Positions 9,609-19,672 of a stretch of 64,000 nucleotides of DNA are shown one piece after another. The DNA comes from Candidatus Latescibacterota bacterium (GTDB taxonomy: Bacteria > Latescibacterota > UBA2968 > UBA8231), in contig CBDCSU010000004.1 of NCBI GenBank assembly GCA_965221775.1, forward strand, positions 992,001 to 1,056,000. The letters are read 5' to 3'. The translations under genes were made by a program, and so were the position numbers. Every line of letters starts with the position of its first letter. Positions within the stretch are counted from its first letter, which is position 1. Below the pieces are notes generated by a model. That model was not told where the DNA came from. It searched no databases and was given only the letters and a program-made list of their open reading frames with translations.

Positions 9609-9637
9609 AATGTAACCAGCCCCCGCGGGAGTGTCAA
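9609..9637 (-). promoter_or_regulatory. sigma70-type promoter of merR-iscA-iscS-moeB
   Basis: TTGACA-N17-TACATT; spacer contains CCCGCGGG dyad. Confidence 0.75.
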
Positions 9638-9646
9638 CGCGGGCCC

Positions 9647-10600
9647 TCAGGCCTTTCCGGCGGGCTCGCCGACGAAGCCGTCCACGCTGAAATAGCGGAA
9701 TCCCGTGTCGCACAGCACGGTGACGACGGTGGCCCCCTCCCCCAGCTCGAGCCCCACCCGCAAGGCCGTGGCGACATTGGCTCCAGAGGAGGGCCCCACG
9801 AGCAGGCCTTCCTCGCGCGCCAGGCGCCGGGTGTAGAGAAAGGCCTCCTCGTCCTCGACGGTGACCACCTCGTCGATCACCGAGCGATCGAGCACCTCCG
9901 GTACGAACCCGGCGCCGATCCCCTGGATGCCGTGGACTCCGGCCTCGCCCCCGGACAGCACGGGGGAGCGCGCGGGCTCGACGGCCAGGATCCGCAGCGC
10001 CGGTCCCAGCTCCTGGCGGAGGACGCCGCCGACGCCACTGATGGTCCCGCCCGTCCCGACACCAGCGACGAAGGCGTCGATCCGGCCGTCCAGAGCCTTC
10101 AGGATCTCCCGGGCCGTCGTTCGTCTGTGAACGTCCGGGTTGGCGGGATTGCCGAACTGCTGCGGCATGAAGGAGCCCGCGGGATCGGCGGCGACGATCT
10201 CCTCCGCCCGGTCGATCGCTCCGGCCATGTCCCGGGCGGCGGGCGTCAACTCGATCCGGGCGCCGTACGCGGCCATCACCGAGATGCGCTCCTCGCTCAT
10301 GTGATCGGGCATGGTCAGCACGAGGTCGTACCCGAGGGCGGCGGCAACCATGGCGAGGGCGATCCCCGTGTTGCCGCTGGTGGGCTCCACGATTCTCATG
10401 CCCGGCTTCAGGCGTCCGTCGCCCTCGGCGGCGCGGATCATGCTCAGACCGATGCGGTCCTTCACGCTGCCAGCCGGGTTGAGGGCCTCCAGCTTGCACA
10501 GGACCCCGGCGCTCCCGGCCGGAGCCATGCGGCGCAGGGGCACCATGGGGGTGTCCCCGACCGTGTCGAGGATCGAGTTGGCGACCCTGCCCTCAGCCAT
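9647..10600 (-). CDS. cysK: Cysteine synthase A
   Basis: [10 protein letters not shown] (PLP Lys), [25 protein letters not shown]; start ATG 10600. Confidence 0.95.
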   Translation of the reverse strand: MAEGRVANSILDTVGDTPMVPLRRMAPAGSAGVLCKLEALNPAGSVKDRIGLSMIRAAEGDGRLKPGMRIVEPTSGNTGIALAMVAAALGYDLVLTMPDHMSEERISVMAAYGARIELTPAARDMAGAIDRAEEIVAADPAGSFMPQQFGNPANPDVHRRTTAREILKALDGRIDAFVAGVGTGGTISGVGGVLRQELGPALRILAVEPARSPVLSGGEAGVHGIQGIGAGFVPEVLDRSVIDEVVTVEDEEAFLYTRRLAREEGLLVGPSSGANVATALRVGLELGEGATVVTVLCDTGFRYFSVDGFVGEPAGKA

Positions 10601-12680
10601 CTCTCTCGGCGAGGAGGCGGGTGAGTTCGGCCACGTCCTCCACGGGAGCGGAGCAGACCGAGTCGCGGCAGACATAGGCACGGGCCCCTCCCCCGGCGCC
10701 GGGGCGGCGCTCGGCCAGGGCCGGGACGACGGCCTCCGCCGCGGCTGCGACCCCGGCTCCTCCCGAGAGCACGCGGGTCGGCAGGTACGGCCGGTTGGCG
10801 GCCTCTACGAAGGGACGGCGGGAATCCTCGGCGCCCACCACCGTGACCTCCAGGGGGCCCCGGAGGTACTGGTGCAGGGCGCAGGCCATGAAGGGACAGG
10901 CGCCCGGAGACCGCTCGAGGAGCCGGGCGTAGAGATGCAGGGTCTCCTCGGCGCAGCGGTGGAAGTCGGCCTCGCCGGTGAGAGCGCCCAGGCGCAGGAG
11001 GGCCATGGCCGCCAGGGAATTGCCGGCCGGGGTCGCTCCGTCGAAAGGGTTCTTCGTGCGCACGAGGAGGTCGTCGCGGCCGGCGTCGACGAAGAAGAAC
11101 CCGCCCTCGTCGGGATCCCGGAAGCGTTCGATCATCGCCCTCGCGAGGGTGGTGGCCTCGCGGAGCCAGCCGGCCTCGAAGGTCGCCTCGTAGAGATCCA
11201 CGAGGCCGGCCACCAGGGCTGCGTAGTCGTCCTGGCAGGCGGCGATGCGGGCTTCGCCGTCCTTGTAGACGTGCAGCAGCCGGCCCTCCGGGACCATGCG
11301 GTCGAGGACGAAACGGGCCGCCTGCCCCGCCGAGGCCAGGTAGGCCGGGTCCCCCAGGACCTGGGCGCCGCGGGCCATGGCGCCGATCATCAGGCCGTTC
11401 CACGACGCGATCACCTTGTCGTCCCGGGCCGGGGCCACCCGCCGCCGGCGCGCCTCGAACAAGGCAGCCCTCGCCGCCGAGTTCGCCGACGCCAGCCCTT
11501 GCGGATCGACCCCGAGGAAGCGGGCCAGCCCCTCGGGCTCGGAGGAGAGATGTAGGATACTGCGGCCCTCGAAGTTGCCTTCCGGAGTCACGTCGTACGT
11601 GCGGCAGAACAGGCGCGCCGTCTCCTCGTCCTCGACCACCTCCTCCACCTGCTCCGGGGTCCATACGAAGAAGCGGCCCTCCTCGCCCTCGGAGTCGGCG
11701 TCCTGGGTCGAGCAGTACCCTCCCTCGGGAGCGGTCATCTCCCGGATCACGTAGTCCAGGGTCTCGCGGGCGACACTCTCGTAGAGATCGATTCCCGTGG
11801 CCTGCCAGGCATCGAGGTAGACCGGCACCAGCAGGGCATTGTCGTAGAGCATCTTCTCGAAGTGCGGGACGAGCCAGCGCTCGTCGACGGAATAGCGGTG
11901 GAATCCGCCGCCGAGGTGGTCGTAGATGCCGCCTCGGGCCATCTGCGTCAGGGTGTGGGAGGCGGCCTCCAGGGCCGACTCCCCGCCACCGTCGCTCCAG
12001 TGGCGCAGGAGCAGGGAGAGCCCGCCGCTGTTGGGGAACTTGGGGCCCTGGTTGCTGAACCCTCCATGGGTCTCGTCGTGATCGCGCACCAGCTGGCGGA
12101 CGGCGGCCTCCACGAGGCCATCGGCGATCGCCCCGGACCGTGCCAGTGGAGCCGCGTTCTGCACCAGGAACCGGCGCAGCTCGGCGGCCCTCTCCTCGAC
12201 GCGGTCCCGGTGATCGCTGTAGTGCGCCGCCACGGCCTCCAGGACCCGCCCGAATCCGGGGCGCCCGTAGCGGTCGTCGGGGGGGAAGTAGGTGCCGCCG
12301 AAGAAGGGCCGGAGGTCGGGGGTGAGGAAGACGGTCATGGGCCAGCCGCCGCTGCCGGTCATGGCCTGCACCGCCGCCATGTAGATCTCGTCGACCTCGG
12401 GGCGCTCCTCGCGGTCGACCTTGATGTTGACGAAGTGACGGTTCATCAGGGCCGCGATGGCCGCGTTCTCGAAGGACTCGCGTTCCATCACGTGGCACCA
12501 GTGGCAGGCGGAGTATCCCACCGACAACAGGATCGGCCGGTCCTGCCGCCGCGCGAGATCCAGGGCCTCCTCCCCCCATGGGAACCAGTCCACGGGGTTG
12601 TGGGCATGCTGCTGCAGGTAGGGACTGGTCTCGCGGGAAAGGCGGTTGGGGCCGGGGGAGGAAGGGGCGTCGGCGGTCAC
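10593..12680 (-). CDS. YyaL/SPATA20 (DUF255) thioredoxin + alpha/alpha barrel protein
   Basis: [54 protein letters not shown]. Confidence 0.93.
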   Translation of the reverse strand: MTADAPSSPGPNRLSRETSPYLQQHAHNPVDWFPWGEEALDLARRQDRPILLSVGYSACHWCHVMERESFENAAIAALMNRHFVNIKVDREERPEVDEIYMAAVQAMTGSGGWPMTVFLTPDLRPFFGGTYFPPDDRYGRPGFGRVLEAVAAHYSDHRDRVEERAAELRRFLVQNAAPLARSGAIADGLVEAAVRQLVRDHDETHGGFSNQGPKFPNSGGLSLLLRHWSDGGGESALEAASHTLTQMARGGIYDHLGGGFHRYSVDERWLVPHFEKMLYDNALLVPVYLDAWQATGIDLYESVARETLDYVIREMTAPEGGYCSTQDADSEGEEGRFFVWTPEQVEEVVEDEETARLFCRTYDVTPEGNFEGRSILHLSSEPEGLARFLGVDPQGLASANSAARAALFEARRRRVAPARDDKVIASWNGLMIGAMARGAQVLGDPAYLASAGQAARFVLDRMVPEGRLLHVYKDGEARIAACQDDYAALVAGLVDLYEATFEAGWLREATTLARAMIERFRDPDEGGFFFVDAGRDDLLVRTKNPFDGATPAGNSLAAMALLRLGALTGEADFHRCAEETLHLYARLLERSPGACPFMACALHQYLRGPLEVTVVGAEDSRRPFVEAANRPYLPTRVLSGGAGVAAAAEAVVPALAERRPGAGGGARAYVCRDSVCSAPVEDVAELTRLLAERDG

Positions 12681-12869
12681 GGGCGGAATCTAACCAGCGG
12701 CCAGGTACGGAACAATCGACGAGGACAGCGGCGGCGGCCCCCGCCGATGCCAGCGGGTGCCACGGTTCCCGGGGCCGTCACCGTCAGGCCACACGCCCGC
12801 CCGCCCCCCGGGCGGGAGCATGAGATCGTAGTCGACTGCGGTCCAACGAGGTGGAACCGTCGACCCGCC

Positions 12870-12886
12870 CTGGCACGAGTCGTGCA
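12870..12886 (+). promoter_or_regulatory. sigma54 (-24/-12)-like promoter upstream of ssb
   Basis: CTGGCACGAGTCGTGCA versus consensus YTGGCACGNNNNTTGCW, correct GG-GC spacing, one mismatch; about 70 nt before ATG. Confidence 0.65.
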
Positions 12887-12957
12887 TCACACAAGGTCCG
12901 TCACGGGTCGGCCTTCCCGCTCGACCTGTCCCCACCACCACCGCTTGGAGGGATGTC

Positions 12958-13383
12958 ATGTCCGACTTGAAGATGCCGTCCATCAACCAGGTTGCCCTTG
13001 CCGGCCGGTTGACGCAGGATCCGGAGTTCCGAATCACCGAAGGCGGGTTCGGCCGGCTCACGGCTCGGATCGCCGTCAACCGCACCTATCGCGACCGCAA
13101 CGACGAGTGGCAGGACGAGGCCTCGTTCTTCCAGATCGTCATGTGGGGGCAGCTCGCCGAACGCATGGCCGACCGGCTGCACAAGGGCACCCCCGTGTTC
13201 CTCAGCGGACGCTTGAAGAGCAACAGTTGGCGGGACGAGGAGGAGAACTCCCACACCATCGTCGAGGTTCAAGTCCGCAACCTGCAGATCCTCGAGCGCG
13301 CTTCCGCCGTCAACGGAGACGCTCAGGACGTGGCCGAGGAGGTCGCGGAGGAGGAGGGCGAGGAGCTCGAACTGGCGGCCTGA
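12958..13383 (+). CDS. ssb: Single-stranded DNA-binding protein (atypical C-terminus)
   Basis: NQVALAGRLTQDPE, IAVNR, WGQLAE, KGTPVFLSGRL OB fold; GGAGG RBS. Confidence 0.93.
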   Translation: MSDLKMPSINQVALAGRLTQDPEFRITEGGFGRLTARIAVNRTYRDRNDEWQDEASFFQIVMWGQLAERMADRLHKGTPVFLSGRLKSNSWRDEEENSHTIVEVQVRNLQILERASAVNGDAQDVAEEVAEEEGEELELAA

Positions 13384-13469
13384 CGAGGAGCGGCGCGGGG
13401 GCGGCGGCAAGCAGGCGTGGCCCCCGCACGCGAATCACCCTGCTTCCCGGCGCCCAGGCATGGTCCTGA

Positions 13470-13498
13470 TTGACTCTCTCCGCACCCGTCGCTATTGT
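13470..13498 (+). promoter_or_regulatory. sigma70-type promoter of tRNA-Ala
   Basis: TTGACT-N17-TATTGT about 20 nt upstream of tRNA. Confidence 0.7.
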
Positions 13499-13517
13499 CG
13501 ATTGCGGCCAGCCGGAC

Positions 13518-13593
13518 GGGGCAGTAGCTCAGTTGGGAGAGCGCGGGCTTTGCAAGCCTGAGGTCGTCGGTTCGATCCCGATCTGCTCCACCA
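13518..13593 (+). tRNA. tRNA-Ala (UGC)
   Basis: 76 nt cloverleaf: GGGGCAG/CTGCTCC acceptor stem with G3:U70, anticodon loop TT-TGC-AA, GGTTCGA T-loop, encoded CCA. Confidence 0.98.
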
Positions 13594-13631
13594 CTCCCAG
13601 GTCTCGCATCGGCGACCGCAACCGCCGCGGT

Positions 13632-14813
13632 TCAGCGTTGCGCCCGGTACCCGCCGCTCACGCCCCCCGGGGACAGCACGATCTGCCACACTTGGTTCGC
13701 CCGCGCCCGGAAGGACCCGGCGCAAGCGAGCAGGTAGTAGCGCCACATCCGTCTGAACCGTTCGTCGTAGTTCGGTATCTCGTCCCACCGGGGCTCGAGG
13801 TTGGCATGCCAGGCCATCAGGGTGGGGTCGTAGTTGGCGCCGATGTTGTGCCAGTCCTCTAGAACGAACAGGCCCTCCGCCGCCTCGGCGATCTGTCGAA
13901 CGGAAGGCAGCTTCGCATTCGGAAAGATGTAGCGGTCTATCCAGACGTCTCCGGCCAGGTTCGAACTGTTGCTGCCGATGGTGTGCAGCAGAAACAGCCC
14001 GTCCGCGTCGAGACAGCGGCGCACGACCTGCATGAAGACCCGGTAGTTCCTCACCCCCACGTGCTCGAACATGCCCACGGACAGGATGCGATCGAAGGGC
14101 TCCTGCAACTCCCGATAGTCCTGGAGCCGGATCTCGATCGGCAGATCGCCGCACCGCCGGCGCGCGTGCTCCGCCTGGTCCCGTGAGATGGTGACGCCCA
14201 CGCCTTCGACGCCGTAGCGCTCGGCGGCATACTGCAGCGTCCCCCCCCAACCGCAGCCGATGTCGAGCACCTTCATGCCCGGCTGCAGACCGAGCTTCCG
14301 GCAGATGAGATCGAGCTTGGCCTCCTGGGCGGCGTCGAGGTCATCGGCCTCGTTCCAGTACGCACAACTGTAGACCATGCGTTGGTCGAGCATGCGCCGG
14401 AACAGGTCCTCACCGATGTCGTAGTGGCGCTGCCCGACCTGGAAGGCGCGGGAGACGCTCTGCAGGTTGACGAAGGAGGCCCGCAGGCTGGCACCGACCC
14501 GGGACCAGCCGATGGCGCTCTCCTTCAGATCGCCCCGCAGTATCCGATGGATCATCTCGTCGAGGCGGCGGCAGTCCCACCAGCCGTCCATGTAGCTCTC
14601 GCCCATGGCCAATGAGCCCGCCCGCAGCAACCGGCCGTAGAACCGGTCATCGTGCACGTGCAGATCCCAGTCCCGCTTGCCGTCGACGCCGACATCGACG
14701 CTGCGCAGCCGACCGATGACGACTCGGCGAGGATTGAGGCGTGAGAGGAGGGGCCTCGGCTCGGCCCAGGTCTGTCCGGGAGAGGACTGATCGTTGGGAT
14801 CGTCAGGATTCAT
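13632..14813 (-). CDS. cfa: Cyclopropane fatty acyl phospholipid synthase
   Basis: GESYMDGWW, HYDIG, MVYSCAYW, VLDIGCGWG, SVGMFEHVG, WIDRYIFP; start 14813 or 14843. Confidence 0.93.
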   Translation of the reverse strand: MNPDDPNDQSSPGQTWAEPRPLLSRLNPRRVVIGRLRSVDVGVDGKRDWDLHVHDDRFYGRLLRAGSLAMGESYMDGWWDCRRLDEMIHRILRGDLKESAIGWSRVGASLRASFVNLQSVSRAFQVGQRHYDIGEDLFRRMLDQRMVYSCAYWNEADDLDAAQEAKLDLICRKLGLQPGMKVLDIGCGWGGTLQYAAERYGVEGVGVTISRDQAEHARRRCGDLPIEIRLQDYRELQEPFDRILSVGMFEHVGVRNYRVFMQVVRRCLDADGLFLLHTIGSNSSNLAGDVWIDRYIFPNAKLPSVRQIAEAAEGLFVLEDWHNIGANYDPTLMAWHANLEPRWDEIPNYDERFRRMWRYYLLACAGSFRARANQVWQIVLSPGGVSGGYRAQR

Positions 14814-14941
14814 GGCGGAAACGGCGCACCTGGCGGCCGACATACGGCAACGTCGTGTGAGGCGCGGAACGGGTCGGTCCCGCGCCCGGCCACCTGATTC
14901 TGACGAGCCGTGGACCGGCCGTCAAGGGTTCCCGGCGGCCT

Positions 14942-15832
14942 TCATAAGGCCGGTTCCACTACATACAGCAGGGCCAGGCTGAGCCCCGCCCACAGGGCCA
15001 AGGCGAGCTGCAGGGGCCGGTCGCGCCACAACAGGGCCGTCGGGTCACCTCCGGCCTCGCTGCGGTGAACGAGATAGAGGTAACGCAGCACCCCGTAGAG
15101 CACCAGGGGGATCGTCCATTCCATCCGATGACCGGCGGATAGGCCACCCTCGCCAACGCCGGTGGCGTACAAGGCGTAGCAGACGATGGTCGCTGACGCC
15201 AGCACCCCAATGACCTGATCCAGGAAGGGGATCTCGTACGCCGCCAGGGCCGGCCGATGCCCGGCCGCCCCCTCCCGCAACAGGTCGAGCTCGCCGCGTC
15301 GTTTGGCGGCGGCCAGGAACAGGGTGAGGGTGCAGGTGCAGAGGATGAACCAGGTGGAGATGCCCACGTCGATGGCCACGGCGCCGCCCATGGCCCGGAG
15401 GAAGAACCCGGCGGCCACTATCAGAATGTCCACCAGGAAGGCGTCCTTGAGCCCGAGGGAGTAGGCGAGGTTGAGGGCCGCGTAGAAGGCGAGGACGGCG
15501 GTGAAAGCCGGCTGCAGGAACCAGGACCCGGCGAGGCTCCCCACCAGGAGCACCGCCGCCGCCGAAACGGCCACCCGGGGGGAGAGAGCGCCGCTGGCCA
15601 CGGGGCGCCGGGCCTTCTGCGGATGCAGGCGGTCCCGATGCGCGTCCGCCACGTCGTTGATCAGGTACACGGAGGCGCTGCTGAGCAGGAAGGCCACGGC
15701 CGCCGCCAGGGCGGTGAGCGCGAAGTCGGCATCGAGGAGGTGCCCGGAGAACACGAGAGCGGCGAGAACGAACAAGTTCTTCACCCACTGCCGGGGCCTC
15801 GTGGACCGCAGAAGCGGGGCGATCACGGCCAC
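14942..15832 (-). CDS. UbiA-family polyprenyl-phosphate phosphoribosyltransferase-like membrane protein
   Basis: RPRQWVKN, YLINDVADAHRDRLHPQKARRPVASG, KRRGEL, GDPT; many TM segments. Confidence 0.85.
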   Translation of the reverse strand: MAVIAPLLRSTRPRQWVKNLFVLAALVFSGHLLDADFALTALAAAVAFLLSSASVYLINDVADAHRDRLHPQKARRPVASGALSPRVAVSAAAVLLVGSLAGSWFLQPAFTAVLAFYAALNLAYSLGLKDAFLVDILIVAAGFFLRAMGGAVAIDVGISTWFILCTCTLTLFLAAAKRRGELDLLREGAAGHRPALAAYEIPFLDQVIGVLASATIVCYALYATGVGEGGLSAGHRMEWTIPLVLYGVLRYLYLVHRSEAGGDPTALLWRDRPLQLALALWAGLSLALLYVVEPAL

Positions 15833-15987
15833 CTGGCCTTCCCGGCTGCAGCTTTCGAGAACCCCGGGAGCGCGCAATGGCTGCTTCCGTCCTGAGCTTC
15901 ACCCATCCGCCGGCTGTCCCTGGTCCCGTTCATTTCAGTCAGTCGCGCGAGCTTCTCCCAAAGCCTTCAGTCCTCGCCGTGGGGCGC

Positions 15988-16019
15988 AAAAAGGGCGACG
16001 CGGCGGTGCCGCATCGCCC
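15988..16019 (-). terminator. Rho-independent terminator after frr
   Basis: GGGCGATGCGGC-ACC-GCCGCGTCGCCC-TTTTT on minus strand, 12-bp stem. Confidence 0.85.
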
Positions 16020-16045
16020 GGTGACCGCCGAGGACCAATGCTGCC

Positions 16046-16606
16046 TCAGACCTCCATGATCTCCGTCTCTTTGTTCGTGATGGTCTCGTCCACCTTTTTG
16101 ACGAAGTCGTCGGTCAGGGCCTGGATCCGGGCCTGGCCCTGCCGCGCCTCGTCCTCCGAGATCTCCCCCTCTTTCCTGGCCTCGCCGATCAGGTCCAGAC
16201 CGTCCCGACGGGCGTGTCGTACGGCCACCCGCCCCTCCTCGGCGCGGTTTCGGGCGACCCGGGTCAACTGGATCCGGCGCTCCTCGGTCAGTTCGGGGAT
16301 CGGCAGGCGGATGATCTGGCCGTCGTTGCTGGGATTGAGGCCCAGGGAGGCCTCGGCGCGAATCGCCCTCTCCACGGGATCGATAAGGCTTTGCTCGTAG
16401 GGCCGGATCGTGAGCAGGCGCGGCTCCGGAGCGCTGATGGAGGCGAGCTGGTTCAGGGGTGTGGGCGTTCCGTAGTAGTCGATCCGGATCCCGTCCAGGA
16501 GGGAGACGGTGGCGCGCCCCGTGCGGATGCCGCCGAGATCCCGCAACAGGGCGGCGATGGCGTTTTCCATCGCCTTCCGAACCTCGTCGAAGATCTCTTC
16601 TAGCAT
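16046..16606 (-). CDS. frr: Ribosome recycling factor
   Basis: IRTGRA, YYGTPTPLNQLA, LGLNPSNDG, LTEERR. Confidence 0.98.
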   Translation of the reverse strand: MLEEIFDEVRKAMENAIAALLRDLGGIRTGRATVSLLDGIRIDYYGTPTPLNQLASISAPEPRLLTIRPYEQSLIDPVERAIRAEASLGLNPSNDGQIIRLPIPELTEERRIQLTRVARNRAEEGRVAVRHARRDGLDLIGEARKEGEISEDEARQGQARIQALTDDFVKKVDETITNKETEIMEV

Positions 16607-16639
16607 GTCATCTGGCGCTGTCGACGGCAGGCTCCGGAC

Positions 16640-17239
<600 letters not shown>

Positions 17240-17277
17240 GGTTATTCCTGCCTCCCTTCCAGGTCTCCGGACGCCCC

Positions 17278-18036
17278 TCAGGCGGAGGTGGCGGCTTCGA
17301 CGGGCGCGGCGGCCGGCTCGTCTTCTTCGGTACGGGCCCCCCGGCCCTTGTCGGCGGCGGCGCTCCCCTCGATGACAGCGTCCGCCACGGCGCGCGTGAT
17401 CAACTCGATCGAACGGATGGCATCGTCGTTCCCGGGCACCGGGTAGGTCACCGCCTCGGGATCGCAGTTGGTGTCGACGATCGCCACGGAGGGGATGCCG
17501 AGCTTGCGCGCCTCGGCCATGGCCAGCCGCTCCTTGCGGATGTCGATGATGTAGATGAGCCCCGGAATGCCGTTCATCTTGCGGATCCCTTCCAGGGTCC
17601 TGACCATCCGGGTCCGCTCCTTCTCCAGAAGCAGAACCTCTTTCTTCTTGAGCTTCTCGTAGGTGCCGTCGTTGGCGATGCGGTCGAGGTGGTCGAGGTG
17701 CCGGATATTCTGCCGGATCGTCTGCCAGTTGGTCAGCATGCCGCCAAGCCAGCGCTCGGTGACGAAGAACATGCCGCAGCGCTCGGCCTCGGACCGGATG
17801 ACGTCCACGGCCTGCTTCTTGGTGCCGACGAAGAGCACCGCCCGACCCTGCTGCGCCGTGCGGCGCACGGCGTCGGTGGCCTCCTGAAGGCGCTTTAGCG
17901 TCTTGTTGAGATCGACGATGTGGATGCCGTTCCGCTCGGTGAAGATGAAAGGCTTCATCTTCGGATCCCAGCGGCGGGTCTGGTGGCCGAAATGGGTGCC
18001 CGCCTCGAGCAGATCGCGGAGGCTCACTTCTGTCAT
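17278..18036 (-). CDS. rpsB: 30S ribosomal protein S2
   Basis: [40 protein letters not shown]. Confidence 0.98.
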   Translation of the reverse strand: MTEVSLRDLLEAGTHFGHQTRRWDPKMKPFIFTERNGIHIVDLNKTLKRLQEATDAVRRTAQQGRAVLFVGTKKQAVDVIRSEAERCGMFFVTERWLGGMLTNWQTIRQNIRHLDHLDRIANDGTYEKLKKKEVLLLEKERTRMVRTLEGIRKMNGIPGLIYIIDIRKERLAMAEARKLGIPSVAIVDTNCDPEAVTYPVPGNDDAIRSIELITRAVADAVIEGSAAADKGRGARTEEDEPAAAPVEAATSA

Positions 18037-18095
18037 TGAGGAGTCGTCTCCTGAGGAACTGGTTGAGGCTTCCACCCGGCTCGCCTGCGGCGTGC

Positions 18096-18491
18096 CTATC
18101 TCTTGGAGAACTGGAAGCGCTTTCGGGCGCCGGCGAGCCCGTACTTCTTGCGTTCCTTCTCGCGGGGGTCGCGAGTCAGGAAGCCGGCCCTCTTCAGCGT
18201 CGTCCGCATGGTAGGATCGTACGCCACCAGGGCACGGGCGATTCCGAGAGACATGGCGCCTGCCTGACCACGCAGGCCGCCGCCCTGGCTGCTGATGTGG
18301 ATGTCGAACTTGTCCCGCGATTCCGTAACCTGCAAGGGCTGGACCATGATCATCTCGAGAGCGTCGCGCCGAAGGTAGTCCTCGACGCGGCGGCCGTTGA
18401 TCAGGATCTGTCCGGACCCGGGGCGCAACCGCACTCTCGCCACGGAAGTCTTGCGGCGTCCTGTCGCTTCGAACCTGTGTTCCTCTGCCAT
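18096..18491 (-). CDS. rpsI: 30S ribosomal protein S9
   Basis: TGRRKTSVARV, GGGLRGQAGA, ERKKYG...QFSKR. Confidence 0.98.
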   Translation of the reverse strand: MAEEHRFEATGRRKTSVARVRLRPGSGQILINGRRVEDYLRRDALEMIMVQPLQVTESRDKFDIHISSQGGGLRGQAGAMSLGIARALVAYDPTMRTTLKRAGFLTRDPREKERKKYGLAGARKRFQFSKR

Positions 18492-18512
18492 GACTCCTAG
18501 ACGCGCTCCGTC

Positions 18513-18947
18513 CTAGAGATCGAGCACTTCGGGTTGCTGGGCCCCGTGGCCGTGCTCGCCGCCGACGTAGACCCTGAGCTTCTTGAACATGCTACGGCCG
18601 AGGGGCGTGCGGGGCAGCATCCCCCTGACCGCCGTGCGCAGAATCCGCTCCGGGTGCTTCTCCATCATCTGGGCGAAGCTGGTGGTGCGGATGCCGCCGG
18701 GATAGCCGGTGTGCCGGTAGTAGACCTTCTGCTCGGCCTTGTTCCCCGTGACGCGGATCTTTTCGGCGTTGATGACCACGATGTGGTCTCCCATATCGTG
18801 GTGAGGCGTATAGGCGGGCTTGTGCTTACCGCGCAGGTAATGGGCGATCCGGGTCGCCAGCCGGCCGAGGGTCTTGCCCTCGGCATCGACCAGGTACCAG
18901 CGGTTCTCGATCTCGGCCCCTTTCGGGGAATAGGTCCGTGTCGTCAA
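18513..18947 (-). CDS. rplM: 50S ribosomal protein L13
   Basis: [32 protein letters not shown]; TTG start with GGAG RBS. Confidence 0.97.
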   Translation of the reverse strand: MTTRTYSPKGAEIENRWYLVDAEGKTLGRLATRIAHYLRGKHKPAYTPHHDMGDHIVVINAEKIRVTGNKAEQKVYYRHTGYPGGIRTTSFAQMMEKHPERILRTAVRGMLPRTPLGRSMFKKLRVYVGGEHGHGAQQPEVLDL

Positions 18948-19022
18948 CTCCGGGTCCACCTTTGGAGAAGCCCAGCATTCGAGACGCGACGACTCCTCGC
19001 GGCAATTCGAAAGGAACATGTG

Positions 19023-19051
19023 AAGCTATTCCGAACGGCTCCGATTGTCAA
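19023..19051 (-). promoter_or_regulatory. sigma70-type promoter of rplM operon
   Basis: TTGACA-N17-TAGCTT overlapping the dedA 3' end. Confidence 0.75.
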
Positions 19052-19670
19052 TTGTGGAACGCCGCCGCAGCCACACGCGAAGCCCGGCAGCGGCCGCGGC
19101 GGCGGCCAGCAGGACCGCCATCCCCCGGTTGTAACGCGCCAGCAGCTCCGAGACCCGGTCCCAGTTCTCCCCGAGGGCCATCCCCGCATACAGGAGAACG
19201 CCGTTCCACAGGAGCATGCTCACCAGGCCCAGACCCGCCACCGTGGGCCAGCCCAGCCCCCCGAAGCCCGCGCTGATGGCGATGACCGACCGCACGCCGC
19301 TGAGGAACCGGTTGCCGAGGACCAGCCACGCGCCGTAGCGCTGCAGCCACCGGGAGGCCCGCTGCAGCCGCCGCTCCGGGAAGATCCGGCCGCGCCAGCC
19401 ACCGCCCTGCAGAAACCCGCGGCCCTGGGATCGGCCGATGGCGTACATGACCAGGAACCCCGCCGTTCCCCCCAGGCAGGTCACGGCGTAGACCGGGACC
19501 CAGGAGAGCACCCCCCGGCCGGCCAGGTAGGCGGAGAACACGACCACCATGTCCCCCGGGACCGGCGGCAGGACGTTCTCGAGGAAGGCGCTCAGGGCCA
19601 GGGCCGCATAGGCCCAGGGCGCCGGGAGTTCCCCGATCCGCTGCACCAGCTGCTCGAAATACTCACCCAC
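19026..19670 (-). CDS. DedA-family membrane protein
   Basis: AFLENVLPPVPGD, MYAIGR, RYG...RFLSGVRSVIAISAG; GTG start 19670. Confidence 0.9.
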   Translation of the reverse strand: MGEYFEQLVQRIGELPAPWAYAALALSAFLENVLPPVPGDMVVVFSAYLAGRGVLSWVPVYAVTCLGGTAGFLVMYAIGRSQGRGFLQGGGWRGRIFPERRLQRASRWLQRYGAWLVLGNRFLSGVRSVIAISAGFGGLGWPTVAGLGLVSMLLWNGVLLYAGMALGENWDRVSELLARYNRGMAVLLAAAAAAAGLRVWLRRRSTIDNRSRSE

Positions 19671-19672
19671 GG

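Noticed and set aside
13518-14940. tRNA-Ala as a possible island integration site
   Set aside because: No integrase, no duplicated tRNA 3' end seen, no obvious compositional shift
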